From a virus (lineage: Duplodnaviria; Caudoviricetes), in IMG/VR virus record IMGVR_UViG_3300021431_002979, positions 1,649 to 65,648 of that record: a stretch of 64,000 nt of DNA; one strand, written 5' to 3'. The notes beneath the pieces were generated by a model that was not told the origin of the DNA, did not search any database, and saw only the letters and a list, made by a program, of their open reading frames with translations. Below, one piece after another: positions 55,901-64,000 of this stretch (positions are counted from its first letter, which is position 1; each line of letters opens with the position of its first letter). Made by a program: the position numbers and the translations under genes.

Positions 55901-57979
55901 TGCAATTTCAATCTCCACTTTACCTTTAGACTCTTTATTATAATATGGATTATATGTTCTATTAGCAGAAGTTTTTCTGCCCAAAGGATTTACTTCTGTT
56001 GCACCACTAAAATAATTGGCAGTTTGTGTATAATTGTGGTCACTATACTGTAACGCTTCTTCCATAGCTTTTTGATAAAAATATTCTTTTGCTTCAGGGG
56101 TCAATTGTTTTTTAGCATTACGCATGATTTGTAGCTCGTCAGTTGATTGATTTGACATGGCTTGTGCTTCCATTTGCTCTTGCCTTTTTACTACGTCCTC
56201 TGAAATATTAGAAGAATAATATGGTTGAATATTATCCAAATCAATAGTATGAAGCAAACCACCACTTAGTTGGTCAAAATTCATATTATTTTTTGGTAAT
56301 GTATTAACACCTAATGCATAATTAGGGCATTTTAATACAATATTACCTTCTTCATCAGCAAAGAACTCTAACATTAATTTTTTAGCAGCAGTGGTACATT
56401 CTTGCAAACGTTTCATCAGAGAACCATTAAATAATGTAGAGGAATTTGCATTTTTCAATTGATATGTAAAAGGTGGAAATTTAATCGGTTCAATCCTGTC
56501 TTTTAAATACCAAGTAGGAACACCTGCGTCCAAACATAAAGTTTTAATAATTTCATTTACAGGTCGTCCCGCAAAAAAATTAGTAAGTGATAAATAACGC
56601 CAAGAAGAACGTAATACTTCTTTTTGGTCTTCTGTAGCACCCGAAGCACCTTCTGCTGATAACAACTGATTTACCATATACGGATTAAAAAGTTCAAATG
56701 TACCAAAATGTTTACCATCTTGGGCAGAATATCTTAAGTCAAGTCCTTGGATACCAGAAGCACCTGGGGTCATTGAAGGGTTCATGGTAACATAAGATAA
56801 ATCCAATATTTTTAATTGGTCAGTAGCAGTAATTGAAATTGTACAGCCACTAGTTTTACCACTAGAATGTTGTTTAGTGACAGTATCTATGTAACCAAAG
56901 AAAATTTGATTCATTTTAAAATCGCCTGTTTCAGGGTCACGTTCAAAATTAGATTTACCAAAAATCCAAACTTCGTCCATTGGCTCCCAGTCGCATTTTT
57001 CTGCAATTTTCCAACCGCTTACTTGGTCATTTTCCCATTGAGTTTCAGCGTCTTTAGGCTCAGAACCTAATGGAACTTCAATCTCATAATATGTACCATA
57101 TTCGTCTTGATGTAACTCTCTATGAAATTTTTCACCCTCGTCGTCAACAGTTCGTCCAACATAATCTTTTAGGTTATCTTGATAAACTCTTACTATTGTT
57201 GTTACACCATTTTTAGAAGGTCTTGTTCTAAAGGTAGCTTTATGTCCGTCCATTTCAACAGAAGAAGCATTATCTCTGTTGCCGATAGAATCGTCTCCTG
57301 CCACGTCAAAACTATAATTAGGGTTAATACTTGTAGTTTCTCCACCTCTACCTGTTGTGGCTATAGAACCGTCAGTACTAACCCCCCTTGAATTTTGAGA
57401 ATCGGTAACAATATTTGCATAATTATCGGGCCATTCGTCACAAACCATTCCTTTTAACAGCGGAACGCCTTTAGGTGTGAGAGAATTTTCTTCAAAACAA
57501 TAAACTCTCTCTGCACCTTTAACCTCAATCTGACAATTGCCTGGGGAACCCGATACACTAATATTAGTTCTTAAAGAAACAAAGTTATCTAATTTGTAAC
57601 TACGAACATAATTACCATCGTCCAAAGTAGCTTGGTCTTCGGGTTTATCAATCTGACTAGCAGAATTAGCAGCGTAGAACAATTTTTTTCTAATTAAAAC
57701 AACATAATCTTGCTTAAAATTGACAACTTTAATAGCTTTAGAATTAGAGGCATATTGTAACTGCACACCTTCCAATTTATGAGGATATTCATATTTTTGG
57801 AAAGTAGCACCCGTCATTATATCTCTGCCAACGGTCATACCATTAGTACCTTTAGTACTTACAGTAGGAATACGACCTGCACCACCACTTGTAGCTAAAT
57901 CAATATATGTACCTAAATTTACTTCATTTGTCGTATCATTTTGCTTCTGCTTATCGTCTTTATTGTCATTAGGCATCAA
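52997..57979 (-). CDS. Large baseplate hub-like protein with LysM-like motifs
   Basis: QIFFGYIDTV..ITATDQLKIL, LEFFADEEGNIVL, YIKVGNPIRF, IYYVEQVS..TLTLT.GR hub motifs; LysM-like EIAEGDTFYNLAKKY and HTITPTDTLTSIAQ. Confidence 0.65.
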   Translation of the reverse strand: MMPNDNKDDKQKQNDTTNEVNLGTYIDLATSGGAGRIPTVSTKGTNGMTVGRDIMTGATFQKYEYPHKLEGVQLQYASNSKAIKVVNFKQDYVVLIRKKLFYAANSASQIDKPEDQATLDDGNYVRSYKLDNFVSLRTNISVSGSPGNCQIEVKGAERVYCFEENSLTPKGVPLLKGMVCDEWPDNYANIVTDSQNSRGVSTDGSIATTGRGGETTSINPNYSFDVAGDDSIGNRDNASSVEMDGHKATFRTRPSKNGVTTIVRVYQDNLKDYVGRTVDDEGEKFHRELHQDEYGTYYEIEVPLGSEPKDAETQWENDQVSGWKIAEKCDWEPMDEVWIFGKSNFERDPETGDFKMNQIFFGYIDTVTKQHSSGKTSGCTISITATDQLKILDLSYVTMNPSMTPGASGIQGLDLRYSAQDGKHFGTFELFNPYMVNQLLSAEGASGATEDQKEVLRSSWRYLSLTNFFAGRPVNEIIKTLCLDAGVPTWYLKDRIEPIKFPPFTYQLKNANSSTLFNGSLMKRLQECTTAAKKLMLEFFADEEGNIVLKCPNYALGVNTLPKNNMNFDQLSGGLLHTIDLDNIQPYYSSNISEDVVKRQEQMEAQAMSNQSTDELQIMRNAKKQLTPEAKEYFYQKAMEEALQYSDHNYTQTANYFSGATEVNPLGRKTSANRTYNPYYNKESKGKVEIEIAEGDTFYNLAKKYLNDGNLYMELYNQAKQQMAIQGETTDFSPNECSKLVGRKFQFDTTQSYDAINSEGVHIAHQSSAQIYEHLGDPSDPNNWSNWYIFEEGKGNANAHKTQEEYETIARKWYNDTLSEQTDALIPEIPQEYILSFSLTDSDKNMYNMYEINIEGDFGIFDKGGAIQKISRVFPDITSMVRFGCRPNPSGAISFPYMGNRENAHLLGYMMSAQSVARRKSATLSMIEDSYIKVGNPIRFFAYDEHPDIPLSPQGNHSVMATALNRYGANGNTDSFQTVTNNLNAEIASLYGDEPKRQTVTTETSASGVKTQGTGNPTSNTQPPAQNTGSEGLKPEQPSSVEQSPEEKIESAENQQRANDEDPAGVYEDIVRESGTAMQHKAGKLTGSDYAGVKASQVAQHTDAQSIYYVEQVSRSIGTSKESTMTLTLTCGRMMGKPSAIDAMLLLYKTYFDPNLGFCSDIGRIAHIVKKYKGVTKQHTITPTDTLTSIAQAEYQLFKIPTAHTTDIEDEKAQDDPYMVDNIISGKGYTPKDETEKQIFQSAKQKGWTKYTSIIEGTMYEMNSKNKNRGKVEYSYKYYIFDYCKGRWFFVRNAYGQKIGEGEYGVAQSDELPLKTFYSAPDEEDLSYDVDDLNKCQAMYNHALKYGDDHEFYSNAKPEKIFSSPSFDIAPNKDEKTLEQRLLEEFANALVALNTQMFGNSLGLNNQQFNQILHDNVGKAVTIPQFLDIGKEYQLPQPQNVGDEAKKEVALSDADKQFLKENGVDSQNVKKTQERKGGHYITTLEGDNFVAQTDDVEGYKDNLKDSGSFTLKYKDPEGDYILKQGVRVSDATGNQYVVEIKNKIADLQSSKPLDNSTTTLGVSEFKNGKCGETFISEYEIKDTPVDLSKVSKLMSQYKDVNHSGFAMDKFLERNKGVLDISTQDMTKVIVNTDLTSNGSSSDLPKTRTSSDASAIKNSKR

Positions 57980-58003
57980 TCATTATCCTTTCTTAAAATT
58001 TTA

Positions 58004-59866
58004 TCAAGTCTTCATATCTTTCCGTTTATAGTCTTTTACTCCTTCTTCTTCTCCTGAACCTTCAGCAGTAGCATTGTTATCACTACCTGAATGCATCAAA
58101 CCACCCATAATAGCAGAACTTGCCATTGTACCAAGCAAATCGCCCAAAGAAGCTGTACCTTTTTGCTTTGCAATAGCTTTATCCACCTTAATCTGTCTTG
58201 TAACCGTAAAAGACATATCATAATTAATCAATAAAGTACTTGCTTTACGACTGTAATTAAAATTATCAAAATGACCAATATATATACGGTCATCAAAATA
58301 AATAATTACCTGTCTCGGTCTATATAAATCAGTTAATTGGTCTTCTATATCTGACCAATTCGCTCTAGCAGAATCTTTATCTATTTGATGTTCTCTATTA
58401 AAAGATTGTACAGTAGAAACTACATTGTTTAATTCTGTAGCACTCATTTTACCTAAAGTATAAAAATTACCGCTTGTACCTGTCATAGGCATAGTATATG
58501 TAGTTGCTCCTGTAAAATTACCCGTTAACATATTAGTCAATGCACCAAATCCATTCTTTAAAGTATTGTCCATTTGACTAAAAATAGCATTAGTATGTTG
58601 ATTATCTGCTGTACCCGTTAATACGGTACTACATATATCCGCTGCTAAAGCACCCATAATTTCAGAACTTGTACCATTTGACATCCCATCCTGAATACTT
58701 CTTAGTGTTTGATTAAAATACTCACCAAAAGCAGTAGGATTACCTGTTGTTAACGCCGCGGCTTTCATCAAATCAGAAATTGCCTGTGCATTACCATTTG
58801 CACCGTTTTTACCACCACTTGTAGCTGATAAAATGTCTCGCCATTGAGCACAATTACTCAAACAAGAATTTGACAAAGCGTCAAACAATTTAGCATTAGA
58901 TTGCCCCGAAGAAGTAGTTTTCCCAAATAATTTTTCTCCAATGGTATCTCCCTTGCTGTTATTAGTATAACCCAATGCGTCAGTAGCAGTAGTAATTACC
59001 CTAGAAAGCCAACCGCCAATGCCACCCGCATCATTCAACTGTTTTTCTGCTTCTTTTAAAGAAGTACCTTGATAAACAGTTACCGCATTGGTATGTACAG
59101 TAGAAACAGAAATATTTTGATATTTTAACAAAGCACCCGAATGAAAATAAACTTCTTCCAATGCTTCAATACCTTTCATTTGCGAATAACCTGTAGTACC
59201 GCTAATTTTCAAAGTCCACACGTCATCACCATAATGATGAAAATATATACCACCACGAGTATATACTTTCTGTTTTACTTTAGAAGTTTGTATAGCCATA
59301 TTCTCAGGGTTAATATACATAGTAATAGATTTTCTTTGTGTCGGAGTTAAATAATATTCAATCTCCATAGGTACACGTTCTTTTAACGACATGTATCTAT
59401 CAGAAGCCATTTGAGCTAACCCAAAATTACTAGTTAAATAATTATTATATCTTGCAAAATTTTGCATATATGAACGAGTGTTTGTTACATTTGCAAGATT
59501 ACCCATTAAAGTGCCTGGAATATCTATCTGTGCATTATTACCACCATCTGCACTTGCAGATTTTGTTCCCAATATTTTATTAAACAATCCACCCAATGCA
59601 TTAGATAACACCGCTGTACCAATATTTGTCATAACCGTGTCGCTTTTAGCAACAGTGCTACCTTGTCTTGTTGTGTTATTTGTAGTTTTAGAAATATCAT
59701 CATTTATAGTATACGGACTATATCTACCATCATTTTTTTCGCCCGTCTGTTTTGTACCGTCTGCGGAATGAGCAGCAGCATCGTCAGCATAGTTCCAACG
59801 GTCTTTCCCGTCACCTGGGTATACACCCTCACTTGTACTAACATTTTCTTTGCCGTCAGCCATCAA
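58004..59866 (-). CDS. Tail tube initiator-like/baseplate structural protein
   Basis: MYINPEN..TRGG.YF.H.G..LKISGTTG..YIGHFDNFNY..YDMSF; located between tape measure and hub. Confidence 0.55.
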   Translation of the reverse strand: MMADGKENVSTSEGVYPGDGKDRWNYADDAAAHSADGTKQTGEKNDGRYSPYTINDDISKTTNNTTRQGSTVAKSDTVMTNIGTAVLSNALGGLFNKILGTKSASADGGNNAQIDIPGTLMGNLANVTNTRSYMQNFARYNNYLTSNFGLAQMASDRYMSLKERVPMEIEYYLTPTQRKSITMYINPENMAIQTSKVKQKVYTRGGIYFHHYGDDVWTLKISGTTGYSQMKGIEALEEVYFHSGALLKYQNISVSTVHTNAVTVYQGTSLKEAEKQLNDAGGIGGWLSRVITTATDALGYTNNSKGDTIGEKLFGKTTSSGQSNAKLFDALSNSCLSNCAQWRDILSATSGGKNGANGNAQAISDLMKAAALTTGNPTAFGEYFNQTLRSIQDGMSNGTSSEIMGALAADICSTVLTGTADNQHTNAIFSQMDNTLKNGFGALTNMLTGNFTGATTYTMPMTGTSGNFYTLGKMSATELNNVVSTVQSFNREHQIDKDSARANWSDIEDQLTDLYRPRQVIIYFDDRIYIGHFDNFNYSRKASTLLINYDMSFTVTRQIKVDKAIAKQKGTASLGDLLGTMASSAIMGGLMHSGSDNNATAEGSGEEEGVKDYKRKDMKT

Positions 59867-59913
59867 ATCACCTCGCTAAGTCTTCTAATATTAAAATAGA
59901 AAGTCAGGACTAA

Positions 59914-62900
59914 TTAATTAGTCCTGACATTTGTAGTTTTGGTTTCAAAATTTAATTTTTCCAATAAACCCTTCACTGCTTGAACAAATTGTTCTGTTGT
60001 TTTACCTTTCTTTAAAGTACCCATTATTTGAAGATGAGCAACGTCTTTTTCCTCAGATTTACGTTTTTCTCTCTCTCTTTCTTCTTCTTTAATGGCTTGT
60101 TCTGTTTTTTCCAATTGTTCACGTACAGCTTCATTACTTTTTTCACTAACACGTTTATAAGCTTCGGTAGAAGTTTTGTTAGCTTGTTCTTGCACCTGTT
60201 TATCAAATTGTCTTTGTCGTTGACGTGTAGCATATAACTCTTTGGCAGAAGCCTGATTTCGCAAATCTTGCTCTTTTCTTAACGCAGCAATTTTATCTTG
60301 AATAGAAACAAATCCTTGCGAAGAATCAATATACATGCCATTAACCAAAGCACCTGTAACTTTAGCACCTTTTGAGCCAATTGCATTATAATAAGAATTC
60401 CAACCTTCTGCATGTTGTTCAGCTATAGTTTTGGGGTGTGCTTCAGCCAATGTAGCTCCACCGCCACCACTATAACCTTCTGCTACACCCGTTAGCCCCG
60501 AACCTTTAGCTATAGCAATACCTGCTCGCATACCTCGAATATAGGCATTCGGGTCGTCATTACCAAAATAGCCTTTTGCTTGTAATTGTCTTACAAAAGC
60601 TTCCAAATTATTATTTTTAGCATACTGTTGTAACAAGGCTCTTGAATCTTCTTCCGCAAATGCAACAGTGTGATTAGCAAACGCTTCAGAAGCTTCCTCG
60701 TTATCTGCATATATACCAAACCCATTATACATACCCAAACTACCTTGATAACGGGTATTACCATAATTGTGCATCTCTTGAGATTTTTCCCAAGTACCTG
60801 CACTTTCTATCCAAAACATGCCCAAAATATATTCAATAGGAATTCCTGTTTTAGCAGAAATCATTTTTGCCTGATTAACTGCGTCAGCAGGAAATTTACC
60901 ATCAGGGTCAACATCTGTAGCAGGTGGGATATTATTGGAAGTAATATACTTAGTATTTTTTTCCTTTTCCCATTCGGCTTGCTTCATATAAACATATTCT
61001 TGTTTTAATACGTCTTGCCAATCTTTGTATCTATTTTCTGCTCTTTTAATAAATATTGCTTCCCAATTTTCAAGAGCTGTTTTGTTACTCCCAATATTAG
61101 GATTTTTACTTTCATCAATAGCCTGTTCCAAAACGTAACTTTGCCAACGTTCATCATTACCATTAAGTTTGTACATGGCATAAAACCACAAACTTGATAA
61201 CTCATCTTTTTGCTTTTCAAATTCTTTATTATCTTCATCGTTGTCCAAAGCTTTTTTATATTTATTGATTTTATACATAGTAACGTCAGCAATACGTTGC
61301 CAATCAGGATTAGCAGTATTAAAGACTTTATCAGCTTCTTCTTTGGCGACTTTCAAACCTTCTTCGGTCAACATATAACCGTCTTGTCCACCGTTATATT
61401 TAAATGCTGTTTTAGCCCTTTGACCTGCAATTATTGCTCTCGCAACCAAAGTCGCAGCTGCTGTTTTACCATAAGCTAAAATTTCCATTTGCTCTTTGAA
61501 AATTTCTTTTTCAGTATCATTCAAATCAGCATAATCAAGCCCATTTTCTTTTAAAATTTTTCTCAAACGCTTACCGTCTTCTGTATCTGATTCTACCAAT
61601 TCTATGAAACTTTCTTTAGTAAGTTTTTCATTCTTTAATAATTTATCTAAAAATTCCTGATTGTTTTTATCATACTTATCACCAACGCCAATCATATTTT
61701 TCAAATATGAAGAAGTCGCAGCTAACGGGTCATAACCTAAAACAGCTTCACCAAGCGTACTCGATAAGAATGGCATACCCAAAGCAAGTATAGGTCCTAC
61801 ATAAGGGATTTTACTTAAAGCCATAGATGTTCCACCATAAACCAAAGCATCTACACCTGCACGTTGAATTTTTTCACTAGCGGTATATTGGTCAGAATCC
61901 TCAGAAGTAAATTCATTTAACATTGGTAAACCTACAGCCAAAGCCAAATTCCATTTGTTGTTTAACAAAAACCCTTTCGCTTTGTTTAACCAACCACCTT
62001 TTGTTTTACCACCATTTTCCAACATATCACCGCCCGCAGGTGGTGGATTTCCACCGTTTGACGCAGGTGACGGTTCAGTAATTAATTCAGGTGGAAGATT
62101 AACTGACGGTGGATTTGGAATGTTAGGAACAGGAGGTGCAACAGAATTTATTGAAGCAAGCTTATTTTTCATAGCTTGTATTATATCCTTTGATTTAGCA
62201 ATTAATGCTGTAAGTGCTATACTACCACCAACAACAGTTTCGGGAGCAACGCCAATTTCAGAACGTAAATATTCAGCCATACCACTTTCGTTGTATATAT
62301 CAACATATTTACCTTGTTTGTTTTTCATTAAAAGCATTGCGTCGCCTGTTTTAAACATATCTGCTAAAGTCAAAGCATTTTCTTCTTCTGATTTATTCTC
62401 AGGGTCGTCATGTTCTACCTCAGAACCCTCAGACTCAGCCTCAGATGAATTACCAAAAATCGACAAACCAATCATGACAGGTAAAGTAGCTTTACTTAAT
62501 TTACTAGTGCCAAAACCTTTTAAATTTTTTAACCATTTAGAAGGAGTTGAGAGCTTAGACTTCCAACCTTTGGATTTACCACCTTTATTATTAGATTTTT
62601 TTTTCGAGTCACTTTTTTCCTGCTTATCATAATCATTATAGTGATTCCACATGTGTTTTGCTTTTTTACCTAATTGACGCAATCCTAATAAACCCGCACC
62701 GCCAAGTAATGCAGATATAATAGGGTGTTGCCATATGAAACCACCTACAGAGCTAATGATTGGATGATTTTGTTTAAAGTTTTTTATATCTTTAAATAAT
62801 TGCCCAATCTTTTTAATAACATTAACATACCCTTCAGTAAAAATAGGTATCGCTTTTTCAATTGCATTATGAAAATCTAACATACCTTGATTATGACTAC

Positions 62901-64000
62901 CTAATGATTTTGAAATTAAATTAGCACTAACAGTCATGTTAGCTTTATTTTTAGTTGCTTCTGCCAATAAATTCGCAGAAGTTTTCAATTCTTTTCCAAA
63001 TTCTTTTGCAGTGTTAATTAAGTTATCAGTTTTTTGTTCTTCTTCTGTATCAATGCCAATTAATATTTTACCAACTTTTTCATCGTCACCTTCTACAGCA
63101 GCGGACGCAATAATATTTGCATTTTTCAAAGAAAAACCTTCATTTTGCAATTTTTGTAAATATAAAAATCTTTTCATTTCAGGGTTAGCAGAAAAACTAC
63201 CAAACATCTCTAGTTTAGTCATCATTTGCTGACCAAGTAATTTTTGACGATTACCAACAGGGTCGCCATTCATGTCATTTGTCTTGGCATTCATGAGCAT
63301 AGCTGTCCATAAATTACCTGTCTGCCCTGACAATACTGAATATACAGAGTTAGATTTATTATTACCAAAGTTATATAAAGCACCCAAAACCTGACCTTCC
63401 AAGTCACGAGCGTCTTCCAAACGCATACCTTGGTCAACCATATATTGAATATTATCCATAGCAATAGTACCGCTATAGCCCATTTTTCTTAAGTTCTTAC
63501 TAACGTCTGTTATGGTTTTAATATATTTTTCAATAGGTATATTTGAACGCTGTGCATTATTCATAGCTTGATAAACAGCCGTTAATGCAGTTTGAGCGTC
63601 CTGTTTATTTTCTTTATAATAAACGTCTACGAACCCCGAAATTGTATTATCTTGAATTCCATATAACTGTGCAGGTAACACCAAATTTCTAGCTAAATAA
63701 CTTAAATCTTTTGCTCCTGCATGTGGAGAAGAACCATATGCAGTACCAACATTTTTAACTAAATTGGCATACATGTTAGTTGGAGCGTCAAAACCAATCA
63801 TTCCATAAGAATTTGCATACAAATTAGTACCTTGGTTATATACTCTATCATATGCTCCCATACCCATATTTGCGTCAATAGAGGCATTAAGCATATAGTT
63901 TTGATACATCATTTTGCCATTATTGTCGGCACGATTTTTAACCATATTTTTCCAATTATTAAAAGAAAAAATACCGCCCATTCCCATTAGAGAACGATCG
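59914..64000 (-). CDS. Tape measure protein (5' end beyond the window) with GH73-like muralytic domain
   Basis: Long helical Ala/Gly-rich protein with hydrophobic segments; ~60520-60895 AKMISAKTGIP..FWIES..HNYG..KGYFGNDDPNAY resembles GH73/FlgJ; frame stays open to the window edge. Confidence 0.75.
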   Translation of the reverse strand, partial: DRSLMGMGGIFSFNNWKNMVKNRADNNGKMMYQNYMLNASIDANMGMGAYDRVYNQGTNLYANSYGMIGFDAPTNMYANLVKNVGTAYGSSPHAGAKDLSYLARNLVLPAQLYGIQDNTISGFVDVYYKENKQDAQTALTAVYQAMNNAQRSNIPIEKYIKTITDVSKNLRKMGYSGTIAMDNIQYMVDQGMRLEDARDLEGQVLGALYNFGNNKSNSVYSVLSGQTGNLWTAMLMNAKTNDMNGDPVGNRQKLLGQQMMTKLEMFGSFSANPEMKRFLYLQKLQNEGFSLKNANIIASAAVEGDDEKVGKILIGIDTEEEQKTDNLINTAKEFGKELKTSANLLAEATKNKANMTVSANLISKSLGSHNQGMLDFHNAIEKAIPIFTEGYVNVIKKIGQLFKDIKNFKQNHPIISSVGGFIWQHPIISALLGGAGLLGLRQLGKKAKHMWNHYNDYDKQEKSDSKKKSNNKGGKSKGWKSKLSTPSKWLKNLKGFGTSKLSKATLPVMIGLSIFGNSSEAESEGSEVEHDDPENKSEEENALTLADMFKTGDAMLLMKNKQGKYVDIYNESGMAEYLRSEIGVAPETVVGGSIALTALIAKSKDIIQAMKNKLASINSVAPPVPNIPNPPSVNLPPELITEPSPASNGGNPPPAGGDMLENGGKTKGGWLNKAKGFLLNNKWNLALAVGLPMLNEFTSEDSDQYTASEKIQRAGVDALVYGGTSMALSKIPYVGPILALGMPFLSSTLGEAVLGYDPLAATSSYLKNMIGVGDKYDKNNQEFLDKLLKNEKLTKESFIELVESDTEDGKRLRKILKENGLDYADLNDTEKEIFKEQMEILAYGKTAAATLVARAIIAGQRAKTAFKYNGGQDGYMLTEEGLKVAKEEADKVFNTANPDWQRIADVTMYKINKYKKALDNDEDNKEFEKQKDELSSLWFYAMYKLNGNDERWQSYVLEQAIDESKNPNIGSNKTALENWEAIFIKRAENRYKDWQDVLKQEYVYMKQAEWEKEKNTKYITSNNIPPATDVDPDGKFPADAVNQAKMISAKTGIPIEYILGMFWIESAGTWEKSQEMHNYGNTRYQGSLGMYNGFGIYADNEEASEAFANHTVAFAEEDSRALLQQYAKNNNLEAFVRQLQAKGYFGNDDPNAYIRGMRAGIAIAKGSGLTGVAEGYSGGGGATLAEAHPKTIAEQHAEGWNSYYNAIGSKGAKVTGALVNGMYIDSSQGFVSIQDKIAALRKEQDLRNQASAKELYATRQRQRQFDKQVQEQANKTSTEAYKRVSEKSNEAVREQLEKTEQAIKEEEREREKRKSEEKDVAHLQIMGTLKKGKTTEQFVQAVKGLLEKLNFETKTTNVRTN

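Noticed and set aside
1-64000. Stop-codon reassignment (alternative genetic code) as seen in some gut phages
   Set aside because: Long conserved genes (gyrA, gyrB, clpX, recJ, hub, tape measure) are intact in code 11, and TGA ends several genes. TAG is rare but does not fragment any gene.
1-64000. DGR template repeat and reverse transcriptase
   Set aside because: A visual scan found no second copy of the GGTTCTCGG-containing repeat and no RT (YxDD) ORF in this window. They may lie outside it.
1-64000. CRISPR array, tRNA or rRNA genes
   Set aside because: No regularly spaced repeat-spacer array or cloverleaf was recognised, and intergenic gaps are short and mostly explained by promoters and terminators. 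A tRNAscan run would be needed to be certain.

Overview
This window is part of a large AT-rich contractile-tailed (myovirus-like, probably jumbo) phage genome. The host is most likely a Bacillota/Firmicutes, inferred from sigmaA-type promoters and a Firmicutes-like HU and SigH-like sigma factor. Nearly all genes are on the minus strand and use the standard code 11. From left to right it contains: (1) a sigma factor, GNAT, WYL-domain protein, DHH phosphoesterase and RecJ; (2) a plus-strand cassette of 26-aa Cys-containing LRR-like repeat proteins; (3) a modular receptor-binding/tail-fibre cassette whose last gene ends in an adenine-depleted, DGR-type variable repeat; (4) an FAD oxidoreductase, two N4C/N6A methyltransferases, ClpX, GyrA/GyrB, a 2H phosphoesterase, two HU genes and a replication operon (primase Zn-finger, DnaB, DnaC-like ATPase, SF2 helicase, PC4-like); and (5) a baseplate/tail module ending in a tape measure gene cut by the window edge. 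Inserted in the structural module is an anti-restriction island: ArdA converging on a cmoA-like gene coupled to an intein-split C5-cytosine MTase homolog whose motif X reads GRS instead of GNS. That pair is the best candidate for an unusual system, namely phage DNA carboxymethylation (5cxmC) or a related Cx-SAM-type modification. All product calls come from reading motifs by eye; no database searches were run. No tRNA, rRNA or CRISPR array was recognised.
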